The translations under genes and the position numbers were made by a program. From an archaeon (lineage in GTDB: Archaea; Nanobdellota; Nanobdellia; SCGC-AAA011-G17; GW2011-AR18): DNA of 48,029 nucleotides. The notes beneath the pieces were generated by a model, which did no database searches, had not been told where the DNA came from, and was given only the letters and a program-made list of their open reading frames with translations. Positions 25,448 to 34,335 of the stretch are shown piece after piece. The stretch covers positions 1-48,029 of the forward strand of contig JAHFKM010000001.1 in assembly GCA_023245385.1 (NCBI GenBank), in the 5' to 3' direction. The number at the start of each line of letters is the position of its first letter. Position 1 is the first letter of the stretch.

Positions 25448-26449
25448 ATGGAAACATTATTACCTTTTGAAAAAGTAAAGAGAAAAGAAATACTAAAAAA
25501 AGAAATATCCACAGACAAGCAGTACGGAAAGACTCCTGAACAAAGATCAATGCAAGAATTGTTAGAATCCGGAGTGTTTTGTTTAAACAAATATGAAGGT
25601 CCTTCAAGTCACCAAATGATGGATTTTATAAAACACATTTTAAAGATAAAAAAAGTCGGACATGGAGGAACAATAGATCCAAAAGTTACAGGAGTCCTAC
25701 CAGTCGCCTTAGGTAAAGCTACGCGAATTATGGATGTACTGTTGAAAGGAGGAAAGGAATATGTATGTTTAATGCATGTACATAAATTAATTTCTGCTTC
25801 AACAATTGAAAAAGCTATGAAAGAGTTTGTTGGAAAAATTACGCAAATTCCTCCTGTGCGTTCTGCTGTTAAGAGAGAAAAGAGAACAAGAGAAGTCTAT
25901 TATCTTGAAATTTTAGATATTGATGGGCAAGATGTCTTGTTTAAAATTGGTTGTCAAGCGGGAACATATATTAGAAAAATTTGTGATGATTTTGGGAGGC
26001 AGTTAGGCATTGGCGCGCACATGCATGAACTAGTAAGAACAAAAGCAGGTCCTTTTACAGAAAGAGAATGGTATTCCTTACATGATCTGCAGGATGCGTA
26101 TTTTAAATTTGAACATAAAAATGATGATATCCTACTAAAAAAAATTATTAAACCAGTAGAATTTGCGACGAGCCATTTAGGAAAAGTATGGGTGCTTGAT
26201 TCAACTGTAGATGCCTTGTGTCATGGAATAAGTTTGTCAATTCCAGGGATCGCGAAAATAAACTCTGAAATTAAAAGGGAAGATCAAATTGCAGTCTTAA
26301 GTTTAAAGGGAGAATTAATAGGCATTGGCCGCGCGAAGATGTCCTCTGAGGAAATACTAAAAAATGAAAAAGGTATCACAATTAGTTTAGAAAAAGTATT
26401 TATGGATCCTGAAGTCTACCCCCACTATCAAAAAGCAAAGGTCTTATAA
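25448..26449 (+). CDS. cbf5: Cbf5 / H/ACA RNP pseudouridine synthase (TruB family with PUA domain)
   Basis: KVGHGGTIDPKVTGVLPVALGKATR (catalytic Asp), GKITQIPPVRSAVKR, and a C-terminal PUA-like region. Confidence 0.9.
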   Translation: METLLPFEKVKRKEILKKEISTDKQYGKTPEQRSMQELLESGVFCLNKYEGPSSHQMMDFIKHILKIKKVGHGGTIDPKVTGVLPVALGKATRIMDVLLKGGKEYVCLMHVHKLISASTIEKAMKEFVGKITQIPPVRSAVKREKRTREVYYLEILDIDGQDVLFKIGCQAGTYIRKICDDFGRQLGIGAHMHELVRTKAGPFTEREWYSLHDLQDAYFKFEHKNDDILLKKIIKPVEFATSHLGKVWVLDSTVDALCHGISLSIPGIAKINSEIKREDQIAVLSLKGELIGIGRAKMSSEEILKNEKGITISLEKVFMDPEVYPHYQKAKVL

Positions 26450-26471
26450 ATTTTCTTAGATCTTTTTTTAC

Positions 26472-26690
26472 ATGGAAAAATGCATTATGAATCAAGAATA
26501 TCAATGGATGTTACAGATTCCTTCATGTAAAAGTAAGAACTATTGTGAGTATCGAGGATCTCCTATCTCTTTAAACTTTGAAGGACAACCTGTAAAAATA
26601 GTTCCTTGTGAATATCTGTTAAAAGACTCTTCTCCAAAAAAGATCGTTTCACAATTACCTGTTCTTGGATTAGAGAGAATTATCCACTAA
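26472..26690 (+). CDS. Hypothetical small Cys-containing protein (72 aa)
   Basis: ORF only. It converges on the HerA-like gene and overlaps it by 4 nt. Confidence 0.25.
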   Translation: MEKCIMNQEYQWMLQIPSCKSKNYCEYRGSPISLNFEGQPVKIVPCEYLLKDSSPKKIVSQLPVLGLERIIH

Positions 26691-28780
26691 AAATATTCAA
26701 CATCATACTTAACAAAATAACATTCTTTATACCCAACAATTTCTGTGAAACTTTTAAGTAAGACAAGAACATCTTCTTTTTTCTCCTTAGCTTCCAGAAT
26801 AATATCATGGTCTATTCTCATAAATTCATTTTTCTCATAGCAAGAAAGAGCGCTGAGGTTGTTGTAAATTGAAATAAGTGAACTAAGTTTAAAATTGTTT
26901 CCTGCTTTCTCAAAATATTTTTTTCTAACAAGACCCTGAGCAATCTCATATACTTCAGAAAATTGTAATCCAGATTTAGAAAAAAGTTCTGTAACAACAA
27001 ATTCTTGCTTAAGATTAAGAGAAATATCAAAAACCTTTTTATCCTTATCAGATAACTTTTCAAGAGCATAAAGTTGTTGTCCAGTACCCCTCTCAAAGTC
27101 TTTAACAATATGCGCGTTCGTCAGATTCACAAGAACATTAAACGTGAAATTATGTTGTTTACACGTTAAAAGAAGACAAGGAACAAGCACTGTTTTCAAA
27201 ATTTTTATTTTCTTTTGAGACATCAAACAAATATCTTCTTTACTTATTTTCGGTCTAACCACATTAAAAATACCTTTTCCAACAGTTTCTGTTTCAACCG
27301 GAACCTCACTATTAAAAGTTTTAGAGCTTGTTTCAGCATGAAGAGGATTTCCTAAACTCTTAGAATGAGTTTCAGGAATTTTAAGAGGAGTGAACGCTTC
27401 CAAAATATTAACAGCTTCCCCCCCATGTTTACTTTTGCGAGGACGAATATCAACAAAGAGAGGCATGTCTACAACACCAACAACCAACGCAGTTCCTATG
27501 TGCAAATTTTTTATTTCCGCTTCTGTTTCCGAGGTGATTCCTTCAACTGAACTGCTCACTGCTTTTAAATCTCCAGGATTAGTTAATTTCAAGATTATTT
27601 GAGTATTTGTTTGTGAGACAACATTTTTCTCTAAACGAGCAGCACGTTGAGAAATAACAGCTAATCCAACTCCAAATTTTCTTCCTTCTGCTGCGATCTG
27701 TCTAATAATACTTGAACTTTTAACCTCACCATAGTTTCTCTCCGGAATGAAATTATGCGCCTCCTCCAGAACCAAGAAGTAAGGAGCGATCTCAGCATTC
27801 TTTCGTGCATTAAACAAATCAGATAAAAGTTTATAGACAATAATTTCCTGTAATTCCTGAGGAACACCACGAAGATTAATAATACTACACTTTCCAGGCT
27901 GGACAAGCTCAGAAGGAGAGGTAGGGTTCTCAGCAAAGAGATTAAGTTTATGCAAATAATCAATAATTGTAATCAAAGTCCACTTAGCTGGATTTTCTTC
28001 AAGCTGTAAATTAATTAAAAGTTGTTGCAGATCCGCGCTTTTTCCTAGATCAAACAAAGCAGAGTAAAGCAATCCTATTTGCGCGCTGGATAATTTTGCA
28101 GGAAGTAAATGCATAAGTTCTGAACCTGTGAGATTTTTAGAATTCAGTTTTAATTGTTGCGCTTCAGGATTTTTTTGAACATCAACACTGTACTCCTGAA
28201 TTTGTTTTAAATACCCCTTCGGTTTAACGCCAAACTTCTCAAAATTTTCTTTCTTATCATTAGGATATTTTAAAGTTGAATATTCCCCATGAGGATCGAT
28301 AATCACCAAAGGAATTCCCTTGTCAAGGATTTCTTCAAGAAGGATACCAACACTATAACTCTTCCCCGCGCCCGTCTTAGCAAGGATACAAATATGTTTA
28401 GTAATTAAACGATTTAAATCCAAGTACACCTTAATATTTTCTCTCCCTTCTAAAATCCCAATATACGCGCCTGTTTTATCTTTATCCAACCCAAGAATTT
28501 TAGAAACAAAAACATCATCCGCATATTCTACAAATGAATCAGGTTCCAGTGGTGTTCGTAAATTTTTAAGTAAGCTATTCATATCACGATAGCCAAGAAC
28601 ATTACAACTTGCTTTTGTTTCTCCTTCATGCTTTTCTATATCAATAATCTGCGCAAGCACATCATATCCCTCTCTATGAATGACTTTGATATATTGGAAC
28701 TTTTGTGCTACAGCGTTAGCCTCAACAGTAAAACTAAACGTGTTTGTCGAACTTTTTCCAGTAATCTTCCCAAGAGTCAT
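26687..28780 (-). CDS. HerA/DUF87-type ATPase with ~230-aa C-terminal extension
   Basis: Walker A ILAKTGAGKSYSVG, Walker B YFLVLEEAHNFIP, then RKFGVGLAVISQRAARL. The N-terminal barrel-like domain resembles HerA. The C-terminal ~230 aa are unassigned, possibly wHTH. Confidence 0.65.
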   Translation of the reverse strand: MTLGKITGKSSTNTFSFTVEANAVAQKFQYIKVIHREGYDVLAQIIDIEKHEGETKASCNVLGYRDMNSLLKNLRTPLEPDSFVEYADDVFVSKILGLDKDKTGAYIGILEGRENIKVYLDLNRLITKHICILAKTGAGKSYSVGILLEEILDKGIPLVIIDPHGEYSTLKYPNDKKENFEKFGVKPKGYLKQIQEYSVDVQKNPEAQQLKLNSKNLTGSELMHLLPAKLSSAQIGLLYSALFDLGKSADLQQLLINLQLEENPAKWTLITIIDYLHKLNLFAENPTSPSELVQPGKCSIINLRGVPQELQEIIVYKLLSDLFNARKNAEIAPYFLVLEEAHNFIPERNYGEVKSSSIIRQIAAEGRKFGVGLAVISQRAARLEKNVVSQTNTQIILKLTNPGDLKAVSSSVEGITSETEAEIKNLHIGTALVVGVVDMPLFVDIRPRKSKHGGEAVNILEAFTPLKIPETHSKSLGNPLHAETSSKTFNSEVPVETETVGKGIFNVVRPKISKEDICLMSQKKIKILKTVLVPCLLLTCKQHNFTFNVLVNLTNAHIVKDFERGTGQQLYALEKLSDKDKKVFDISLNLKQEFVVTELFSKSGLQFSEVYEIAQGLVRKKYFEKAGNNFKLSSLISIYNNLSALSCYEKNEFMRIDHDIILEAKEKKEDVLVLLKSFTEIVGYKECYFVKYDVEYF

Positions 28781-28802
28781 AAATAAGTCATTCAGTTTTT
28801 GC

Positions 28803-28840
28803 TTTTAAAATTAATGCTAGCCAAGAGGATATATTTATTA
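28803..28840. promoter_or_regulatory. Divergent promoter region with two TATA-like boxes (ttttaaaatt and atatatttatta)
   Basis: The boxes are centred ~27 nt from the herA-like ATG (28780, minus) and ~26 nt from the radical SAM ATG (28860, plus). Confidence 0.45.
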
Positions 28841-28859
28841 AGTTTTTTAAGGTGCTTGC

Positions 28860-29840
28860 ATGATGGATATAGTAAAGATCACAAGAGAATCAGGAATTCC
28901 TCTACTAGGCCACATTGCTTTTGGCATTCTTGATCGTGGTTCTAACTTATTACAAGTAAGAGCAACAACAGTATGTAACCTCCATTGTACCTTTTGTTCC
29001 ACTGCCGCTGGTCCTGAGATCCATCCTGTTAATTATGAAGTGGAAGTAAACTATTTACTTGACTGGACAAAAGAGGTTATTAAATTAAAAGACTGTAAAG
29101 ATATTGAGATTAACTTAGATAGCATGGGAGAACCAACAGCCTATCCTGATCTAATTAAATTAATTACAGAATTAAAAAAACTAAAAGAAGTAAAGATAAT
29201 CTCTATGCAGACAAATGGTTCTCTGCTCAATGAAGAAAAAGTAAAAGCATTAGCTGAAGCAGGATTGGACAGAATGAACTTGTCGATTCACTCCCTGAAT
29301 GAAAATTTAGCAAAGCAATTGATGGGTTCTGAGTATTATACTCTTAAACAAGTTGAAACTTTAGCAAGACTTGTCAAAAAAACAAAAATAGAATTAAACC
29401 TTACCCCTGTTTTATTACCAAAAGTTAATGATGAGGAACTTCCAAAACTAATCCAATTAGCCAAAGAATTAGATTGCAAGATCTCTATCCAAAAGTACGA
29501 ATTTTACAAATATTCAAGAAAAGAAAAGAAGGCCAAATTACAGAACTGGTACAAATTTTACAAACAGCTTGAAGCATGGGAAAAAGAATTCAAAATAAAA
29601 TTAAAATACGGCCCCTTAGATTTTAAGATTCGAAGAGTAAAGAAAATCCCACTTCTATTTGAAAGAGGAGAACATATTCAAGTTGAAGTAAAAGCAAAAG
29701 GCTGGCTGAAAAATGAAATGATCGCTGTTGCGAAGAATAGAGTGATGAGTGTTGTTGATTGCACTGCTTCAATTGGAGAGAGAATTAAAGTAAAAATAAT
29801 AGAAACAAAAAACTCTATTTATCTGGCGAAGAAGATCTAG
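28860..29840 (+). CDS. Radical SAM protein with C-terminal TRAM-like domain
   Basis: CNLHCTFCS (CxxxCxxC), a MoaA/NifB-like core (NLDSMGEPTAYPD, MQTNGSLL), and a beta-rich C-terminal tail (GEHIQVEVKAKGW...GERIKVKIIETK). Confidence 0.7.
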   Translation: MMDIVKITRESGIPLLGHIAFGILDRGSNLLQVRATTVCNLHCTFCSTAAGPEIHPVNYEVEVNYLLDWTKEVIKLKDCKDIEINLDSMGEPTAYPDLIKLITELKKLKEVKIISMQTNGSLLNEEKVKALAEAGLDRMNLSIHSLNENLAKQLMGSEYYTLKQVETLARLVKKTKIELNLTPVLLPKVNDEELPKLIQLAKELDCKISIQKYEFYKYSRKEKKAKLQNWYKFYKQLEAWEKEFKIKLKYGPLDFKIRRVKKIPLLFERGEHIQVEVKAKGWLKNEMIAVAKNRVMSVVDCTASIGERIKVKIIETKNSIYLAKKI

Positions 29841-31407
29841 TCAAAGCTTGTGAAAGTAATTTAACCACTTTCGTTTTCCCAGTTGTAAGAATGAAGCTTG
29901 CCAATTTTGGTCCTCGTTCTTTACTGATAAGAATTGTGTAAAAGAGTTTGAAGAATTCTTTCATTTCTAATTGCGTACTTTGCATAATGGTATAAAACTC
30001 CTGATGAAGTTGAGTATCATTAAGTTCTTTTGTTTTTAAAATAGTAATAGCAGATTGTAGCGCTTGTTTTTGTACAGCAGTAAGAGTGAGAATTGGTGCT
30101 TCAGAGTTAAGTTTAAATTTAAAATCTTCTGGTGCGAATTCTTTAAGCCAGTTAATAACACAGCTAATACGAGTTTTCAATTTTTTCTTATCTGTAGGAG
30201 TTTTAATTTGCTCTTTAAAGTAAGAAAGAGTTTTATTAATATTGAGTTCGTAAATTTGAGCGACAGTAGTAAGATGTCGAAATCCAATTTGTAAAGGTAA
30301 AGCTCTTGGAATTTTAAGTGCTGAAAGTTCGTAGATTCTTTTTTCTTTATCAAGTAGTTCTGAAGAAAGTTCTGTTTTTTCTCCAAAGTAGATTCGTTCG
30401 CATTTGTCAAATTCTTCATAAAAAGTAATAACATCTAAGTCGAAGGATATTGCGAATTCGGTGTTCGGTCGAGTTGATGCGAAGAGCCAGCGTGCGATTG
30501 GGGGTTCGTAAATTTCTAAAACTTCTTTGAGAGTAATAACATTTCCTTTAGAACTAGAAATTTTTCCACCGCGTCCTTTGATTGAAATAAAGTCATACAT
30601 AACATATTGTGGCGGCTCTGAGTGTAAAATTTCGCGGATGATTTCGCAGCCTGTGGTGAAGGAGCCCCCAACAGTAGAGTGGTCTTTTCCTCCTGGTTCA
30701 AAGTCGACGTGTTCAAAATACCATCTATAAGGCCAATCGCAGCGCCAGAGAAGTTTGGCTATTCCTTTTTTTCTAAAGTCGAAAGTTTCTTTGTGTCCGC
30801 ATTCACAGGTGTAGCTGAGTTCGTAGTCCGGAGTATAAGCCGTAATGGTAGTTGTGTCTTTGTTGCAGCTGCTGCAAAAGATTGTGACTGGATACCATTC
30901 TTTTTCAAGTGGTGTTTCTCGGTAGCGATTAAGGATTTCGGCAATAGCAACACGATGGACTAAAGCGTTTTTGATAAGGTCTGCGTATTCACAGGAGCGA
31001 TATTTTTGTGCTTGGTAAAGAAATTTTGGTTTTATAGAGACAAGAGGCAAGTATTTTTCAAATTCTTTTTCGTTGTGTTCTGCGTAGGATTTGTGACAAT
31101 CGAAAGGATCTGGAATGTCTACGATTGGTTTGCGAAGGTAAGTAGTGAGGAGTTCTTGTTTTGGAAAGTCTGCGGGAACTTTTCTAAAAGTGTCGTAGTC
31201 GTCCCAGGAGTAGATGAATTTTACTTTTTTTCCTTTTTTTTCAAGTGCGCGTGCAACAAGAGCCGTTGTAATGACTTCTCGAAAGTTTCCGATGTGAACA
31301 ACTCCTGAAGGGGTGATTCCTGAAGCGCAAACATAGCGTGTTTTATTTTTAGTGGCAATAAGTTGTTCTGCTGCAAGGTCTGCCCAGTGAATTTCTTTAC
31401 CGGTCAT
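29815..31407 (-). CDS. lysK: Class I lysyl-tRNA synthetase
   Basis: HWADLAAEQLI...ASGITPSGVVHIGNFREVITTALVARAL (HIGH-type motif) and GKISSSKGNVITL (KMSKS-type motif). Confidence 0.85.
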   Translation of the reverse strand: MTGKEIHWADLAAEQLIATKNKTRYVCASGITPSGVVHIGNFREVITTALVARALEKKGKKVKFIYSWDDYDTFRKVPADFPKQELLTTYLRKPIVDIPDPFDCHKSYAEHNEKEFEKYLPLVSIKPKFLYQAQKYRSCEYADLIKNALVHRVAIAEILNRYRETPLEKEWYPVTIFCSSCNKDTTTITAYTPDYELSYTCECGHKETFDFRKKGIAKLLWRCDWPYRWYFEHVDFEPGGKDHSTVGGSFTTGCEIIREILHSEPPQYVMYDFISIKGRGGKISSSKGNVITLKEVLEIYEPPIARWLFASTRPNTEFAISFDLDVITFYEEFDKCERIYFGEKTELSSELLDKEKRIYELSALKIPRALPLQIGFRHLTTVAQIYELNINKTLSYFKEQIKTPTDKKKLKTRISCVINWLKEFAPEDFKFKLNSEAPILTLTAVQKQALQSAITILKTKELNDTQLHQEFYTIMQSTQLEMKEFFKLFYTILISKERGPKLASFILTTGKTKVVKLLSQALTRSSSPDK

Positions 31408-31497
31408 AAGAGTGAGTTTCTGGTGAATGTTTATATAGTTTTCTTTGAGAGTTGAAGAATCAAAATATTTTTATAATAAGAAAAGAGAGGGGTTGGA

Positions 31498-31797
31498 ATG
31501 TATGAAAGTTATGCGACGGATAGTTTTAAGAAAGTCTATGAAACCTTAGACCAAAGTGAAAAGACTTGGATTGATAAAACAAAAGAGAATCTTAAAGAAA
31601 ACCCTACTGGGAAGCCGCTTGGTTTCAAATGGTTTAGGGAAAAGAAATATTTGAATAAGCGACTTTATTTTCTTGTAGATGATGAAAAGAAGAGAATGTT
31701 GTTCGTTTCTTTTGCATCGAAGAAGGAACAGCAAGAAGTAATTAACTTTGTTAAGTTAAATATGAAAGAATTATTGTACTATTTAAAGAGTCTTTAA
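31498..31797 (+). CDS. RelE/ParE-superfamily toxin-like protein
   Basis: ...KENLKENPTGKPLGFKWFREKKYLNKRLYFLVDDEKKRMLFVSFASKKEQ follows the RelE pattern (NP.GKPL...R.R.G.YR.IY.I). A TATA-like box lies ~25 nt upstream. Confidence 0.5.
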   Translation: MYESYATDSFKKVYETLDQSEKTWIDKTKENLKENPTGKPLGFKWFREKKYLNKRLYFLVDDEKKRMLFVSFASKKEQQEVINFVKLNMKELLYYLKSL

Positions 31798-31937
31798 AAT
31801 TTGCTAATTCTGGCGTGACGTAAATCTTCAAGGCTTAAGTGTAGTTGTATAATCGCATCATCAGCAATTTTTGCTTTCTTTTTTAAGAGATCGTACTCTT
31901 CTGAAGAGATCGTAACAGTCGAAGATTGAACTTCCAT
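31794..31937 (-). CDS. 47-aa antitoxin-like protein (YefM/Phd C-terminal-half-like)
   Basis: Internal ATG of the track ORF: MEVQSSTVTISSEEYDLLKKKAKIADDAIIQLHLSLEDLRHARISKF. A tatataa box lies ~25 nt upstream. Its 3' end overlaps the RelE-like gene by 4 nt, tail to tail. Confidence 0.4.
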   Translation of the reverse strand: MEVQSSTVTISSEEYDLLKKKAKIADDAIIQLHLSLEDLRHARISKF

Positions 31938-31959
31938 AAAGGTAAGGAGGATCCGGGAT

Positions 31960-33060
31960 TTATATAGTTTTCTTCGAGAAACGTAAGATAAAGAATTGTT
32001 CTGTTCCATGCTCAAAGGTAATTTCTTTTTCTAAAATAAATATGAATTTAGAAGCAGCCTGTTTTAAAAATTCCGGATGTTTACTAAGGAGTATAAGTGT
32101 TCCTGCCTTCTTTAAAATATATTCCGCCTGATAGAAAAGCTCATTATATACTCTTAAAGCTTCTTTCTGATCAACTATTCTTGAGATACTCGGAGGAACA
32201 GTAACAATCTGATCAATACTTTCTTTTTCAAATTTTGTGTCCAACCATTCTACTTCAAAGCGGCTGAACGTAAGATATTGCGCAACACCAGCAAGTTTCG
32301 CGTTCGTTTCAGAGTTACGCACATTTAAATGTAAACTATCAATACAATGAATTGAAAGCTTTTTTTCTTTTGCTTCAACAGTAAAAGAATAGTCTAAAAA
32401 TTTTGTGAAAGCAAGTTTGTCCTCAAAATGAACAGCTCCTGGAATCTGTAATGCTGAGAGAGCCGCTTCTATACAAATTTCTCCCGATCGCGAAAAAGGG
32501 TCGAGAAGAATATCTTTGCTTTTCCATCCTGAAATCCTAAGAAGAACATAAGCAATGCAAGGATTAAGAGAAAGTGGATGTGTTTTTATTCTATATTCTC
32601 TTTTGTTAAGTTTGTATCCCGCATAATCCCTTCCTACAAAACAATGATTATCTTGAATATCCACAAAAATAATTGTCCTTGGACTATTAAGATCTACTTT
32701 AAGCGAAGAAGAAATATGAATAATTTCTCCAAAGAACCTTTCTACCTCTTGAGATGTAAAGGTATGCTTCCCTTTACGCTCACATCTCACAACAAATGGT
32801 TCTTTAACATCTTTTAGTTGAAGAATACTGAGCTTTTCTTGAAGTTCTTCAAAAGTAGCAAAATCAAAGCTTGAAAAAAGTTCATAAACAAAAAAAGAAC
32901 TTCTTGTAGCATAACAGAAATCCGCAAGATGTTTTTGGGAAAAAGGATGAAACAAAATAATTCCTGGAAAAAGCAACGTTCCCTCTACACAAAGACATTC
33001 TTTGAGTTCCTGAAGCGTAACTTCTTCCAGCCCTGAAATACATCTTACAATCGCGTCCAT
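31960..33060 (-). CDS. THUMP-domain methyltransferase (Trm14/RlmL-like) with degenerate catalytic motifs
   Basis: THUMP-like N-terminus. Motif I reads LLDPFSRSGEICIEAAL (consensus DPMCGSGT). HCIDSLHLNVRNSETNAKLAGV is present. Motif IV reads IVTVPPSIS where NPPYG is expected. Confidence 0.6.
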   Translation of the reverse strand: MDAIVRCISGLEEVTLQELKECLCVEGTLLFPGIILFHPFSQKHLADFCYATRSSFFVYELFSSFDFATFEELQEKLSILQLKDVKEPFVVRCERKGKHTFTSQEVERFFGEIIHISSSLKVDLNSPRTIIFVDIQDNHCFVGRDYAGYKLNKREYRIKTHPLSLNPCIAYVLLRISGWKSKDILLDPFSRSGEICIEAALSALQIPGAVHFEDKLAFTKFLDYSFTVEAKEKKLSIHCIDSLHLNVRNSETNAKLAGVAQYLTFSRFEVEWLDTKFEKESIDQIVTVPPSISRIVDQKEALRVYNELFYQAEYILKKAGTLILLSKHPEFLKQAASKFIFILEKEITFEHGTEQFFILRFSKKTI

Positions 33061-33116
33061 TAAAAAAGAAACACCAAAGACTTATTAAAATCTCCTAAAA
33101 AAAAAGAAAAAAAACC

Positions 33117-33455
33117 TTAGCGTGTTGCTGCTAAAGCATAAATTGCTTTTACTGAAGCTATAACTGCTGCAGGTACCACAAAAATAGTGATGTTGACAAG
33201 AATGTTGTCAATAACACCTGGGATTTGACTAATAGACGCTACCGCGCTACCTGCGACAATAAGAGCGACAGTTGAAACTAAGAATGGGACGATTTCTCTA
33301 TCACTAATATTAAGTAAGCCAATAATAAGTCCTAACACTAATAGCACATACACGACCCACTGCGCATTATTCTGCATGATTCCGAGAATAAGTGCTATAA
33401 AAAATCCTACAATAAAGGACCAGCTTCCGACTTTTTCCATAACTGTTGCTGCCAT
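33117..33455 (-). CDS. Small integral membrane protein (3-4 TM)
   Basis: Hydrophobic throughout (WSFIVGFFIALILGI, VVYVLLVLGLIIGLL, VPFLVSTVALIVAGSAV, ITIFVVPAAVIASV). Confidence 0.55.
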   Translation of the reverse strand: MAATVMEKVGSWSFIVGFFIALILGIMQNNAQWVVYVLLVLGLIIGLLNISDREIVPFLVSTVALIVAGSAVASISQIPGVIDNILVNITIFVVPAAVIASVKAIYALAATR

Positions 33456-33658
33456 TTGTACACCTCCTTCTATTCCTTCTAGAGTATTTTAAATTTTTAA
33501 ATGTTTCGAAAATTAAACTTTTTCTAAAAAAACAAGAAAAAGATTTCCTGATAAAAAAATTTATCAAATTTAATCCAAAGATTTATATATTACCCTCTTC
33601 TAAAAGTGCTTATATTAGGCTTAAAATGCCTTTAAAGCTAACGGAGGTGTTTCGAAGA

Positions 33659-33829
33659 ATGTCTGAACTTGTAGTAGTAAGGAGTAAGATAAAAGAAGTT
33701 GCAAAGGGCATGAATGTTGCTGGTGACTTCGCTGACGCTCTTAGTAAGAATGTTGAAATGATTATTAAGAAAGCATGTGAGCGAGCAAAAGCAAATAAGC
33801 GCGCGACAATTCAGCCAAGAGATTTGTAA
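33659..33829 (+). CDS. 56-aa histone-fold protein (DUF1931-like)
   Basis: GGAGGTG lies 9 nt upstream of the ATG. Reads MSELVVVRSKIKEVAKGMNVAGDFADALSKNVEMIIKKACERAKANKRATIQPRDL. The longer track ORF upstream is low-complexity. Confidence 0.5.
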   Translation: MSELVVVRSKIKEVAKGMNVAGDFADALSKNVEMIIKKACERAKANKRATIQPRDL

Positions 33830-33915
33830 GTTTTCTTTAAGGAATGGGAGAAAAATCTACCCATTTTTATTTTTTAACAAAAGATATAAACAAGTTTTCT
33901 TTAAAACAGAAAGAG

Positions 33916-34335
33916 ATGAAAGCCAAAGCTAAAGGAAGCGCCGCTGAAAGAGAACTAATACACAGATTACACGAAGCAGAGTGGGGTATTATTCGCTCCG
34001 CTGGTTCAGGTTCTACACCACTCCCCTCAACAGATATTGTCGCTGGGAATGGAAAAAGAGTATTAGCAATTGAATGCAAATCATTAAGATATACAACAAA
34101 ATATTTTTATCCTGAGGAAGTGGAACAACTTGTAACATTTTCTAAACGTTTTGGAGCTGAACCGTGGTTTGGAATCAGGTTTGACAGAATAGGATGGTTT
34201 TTTGTGAAACCTGAGAATTTAGATAAAAGCAAAAATGGAAACCTTAATATTTCTCTTGAACGAGCTAAGGAGTTAGGATCTTCATTTGAGCGTTTAATTA
34301 AGGGAGGAGAAAAAGATGACAGCAATAAGGTATAA
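33916..34335 (+). CDS. hjc: Holliday junction resolvase Hjc
   Basis: KGSAAERELIHRLHEAEWGIIRSAGSG...TDIVAGNGKRVLAIECKS. The internal ATG has a TATA-like box ~29 nt upstream. Confidence 0.8.
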   Translation: MKAKAKGSAAERELIHRLHEAEWGIIRSAGSGSTPLPSTDIVAGNGKRVLAIECKSLRYTTKYFYPEEVEQLVTFSKRFGAEPWFGIRFDRIGWFFVKPENLDKSKNGNLNISLERAKELGSSFERLIKGGEKDDSNKV

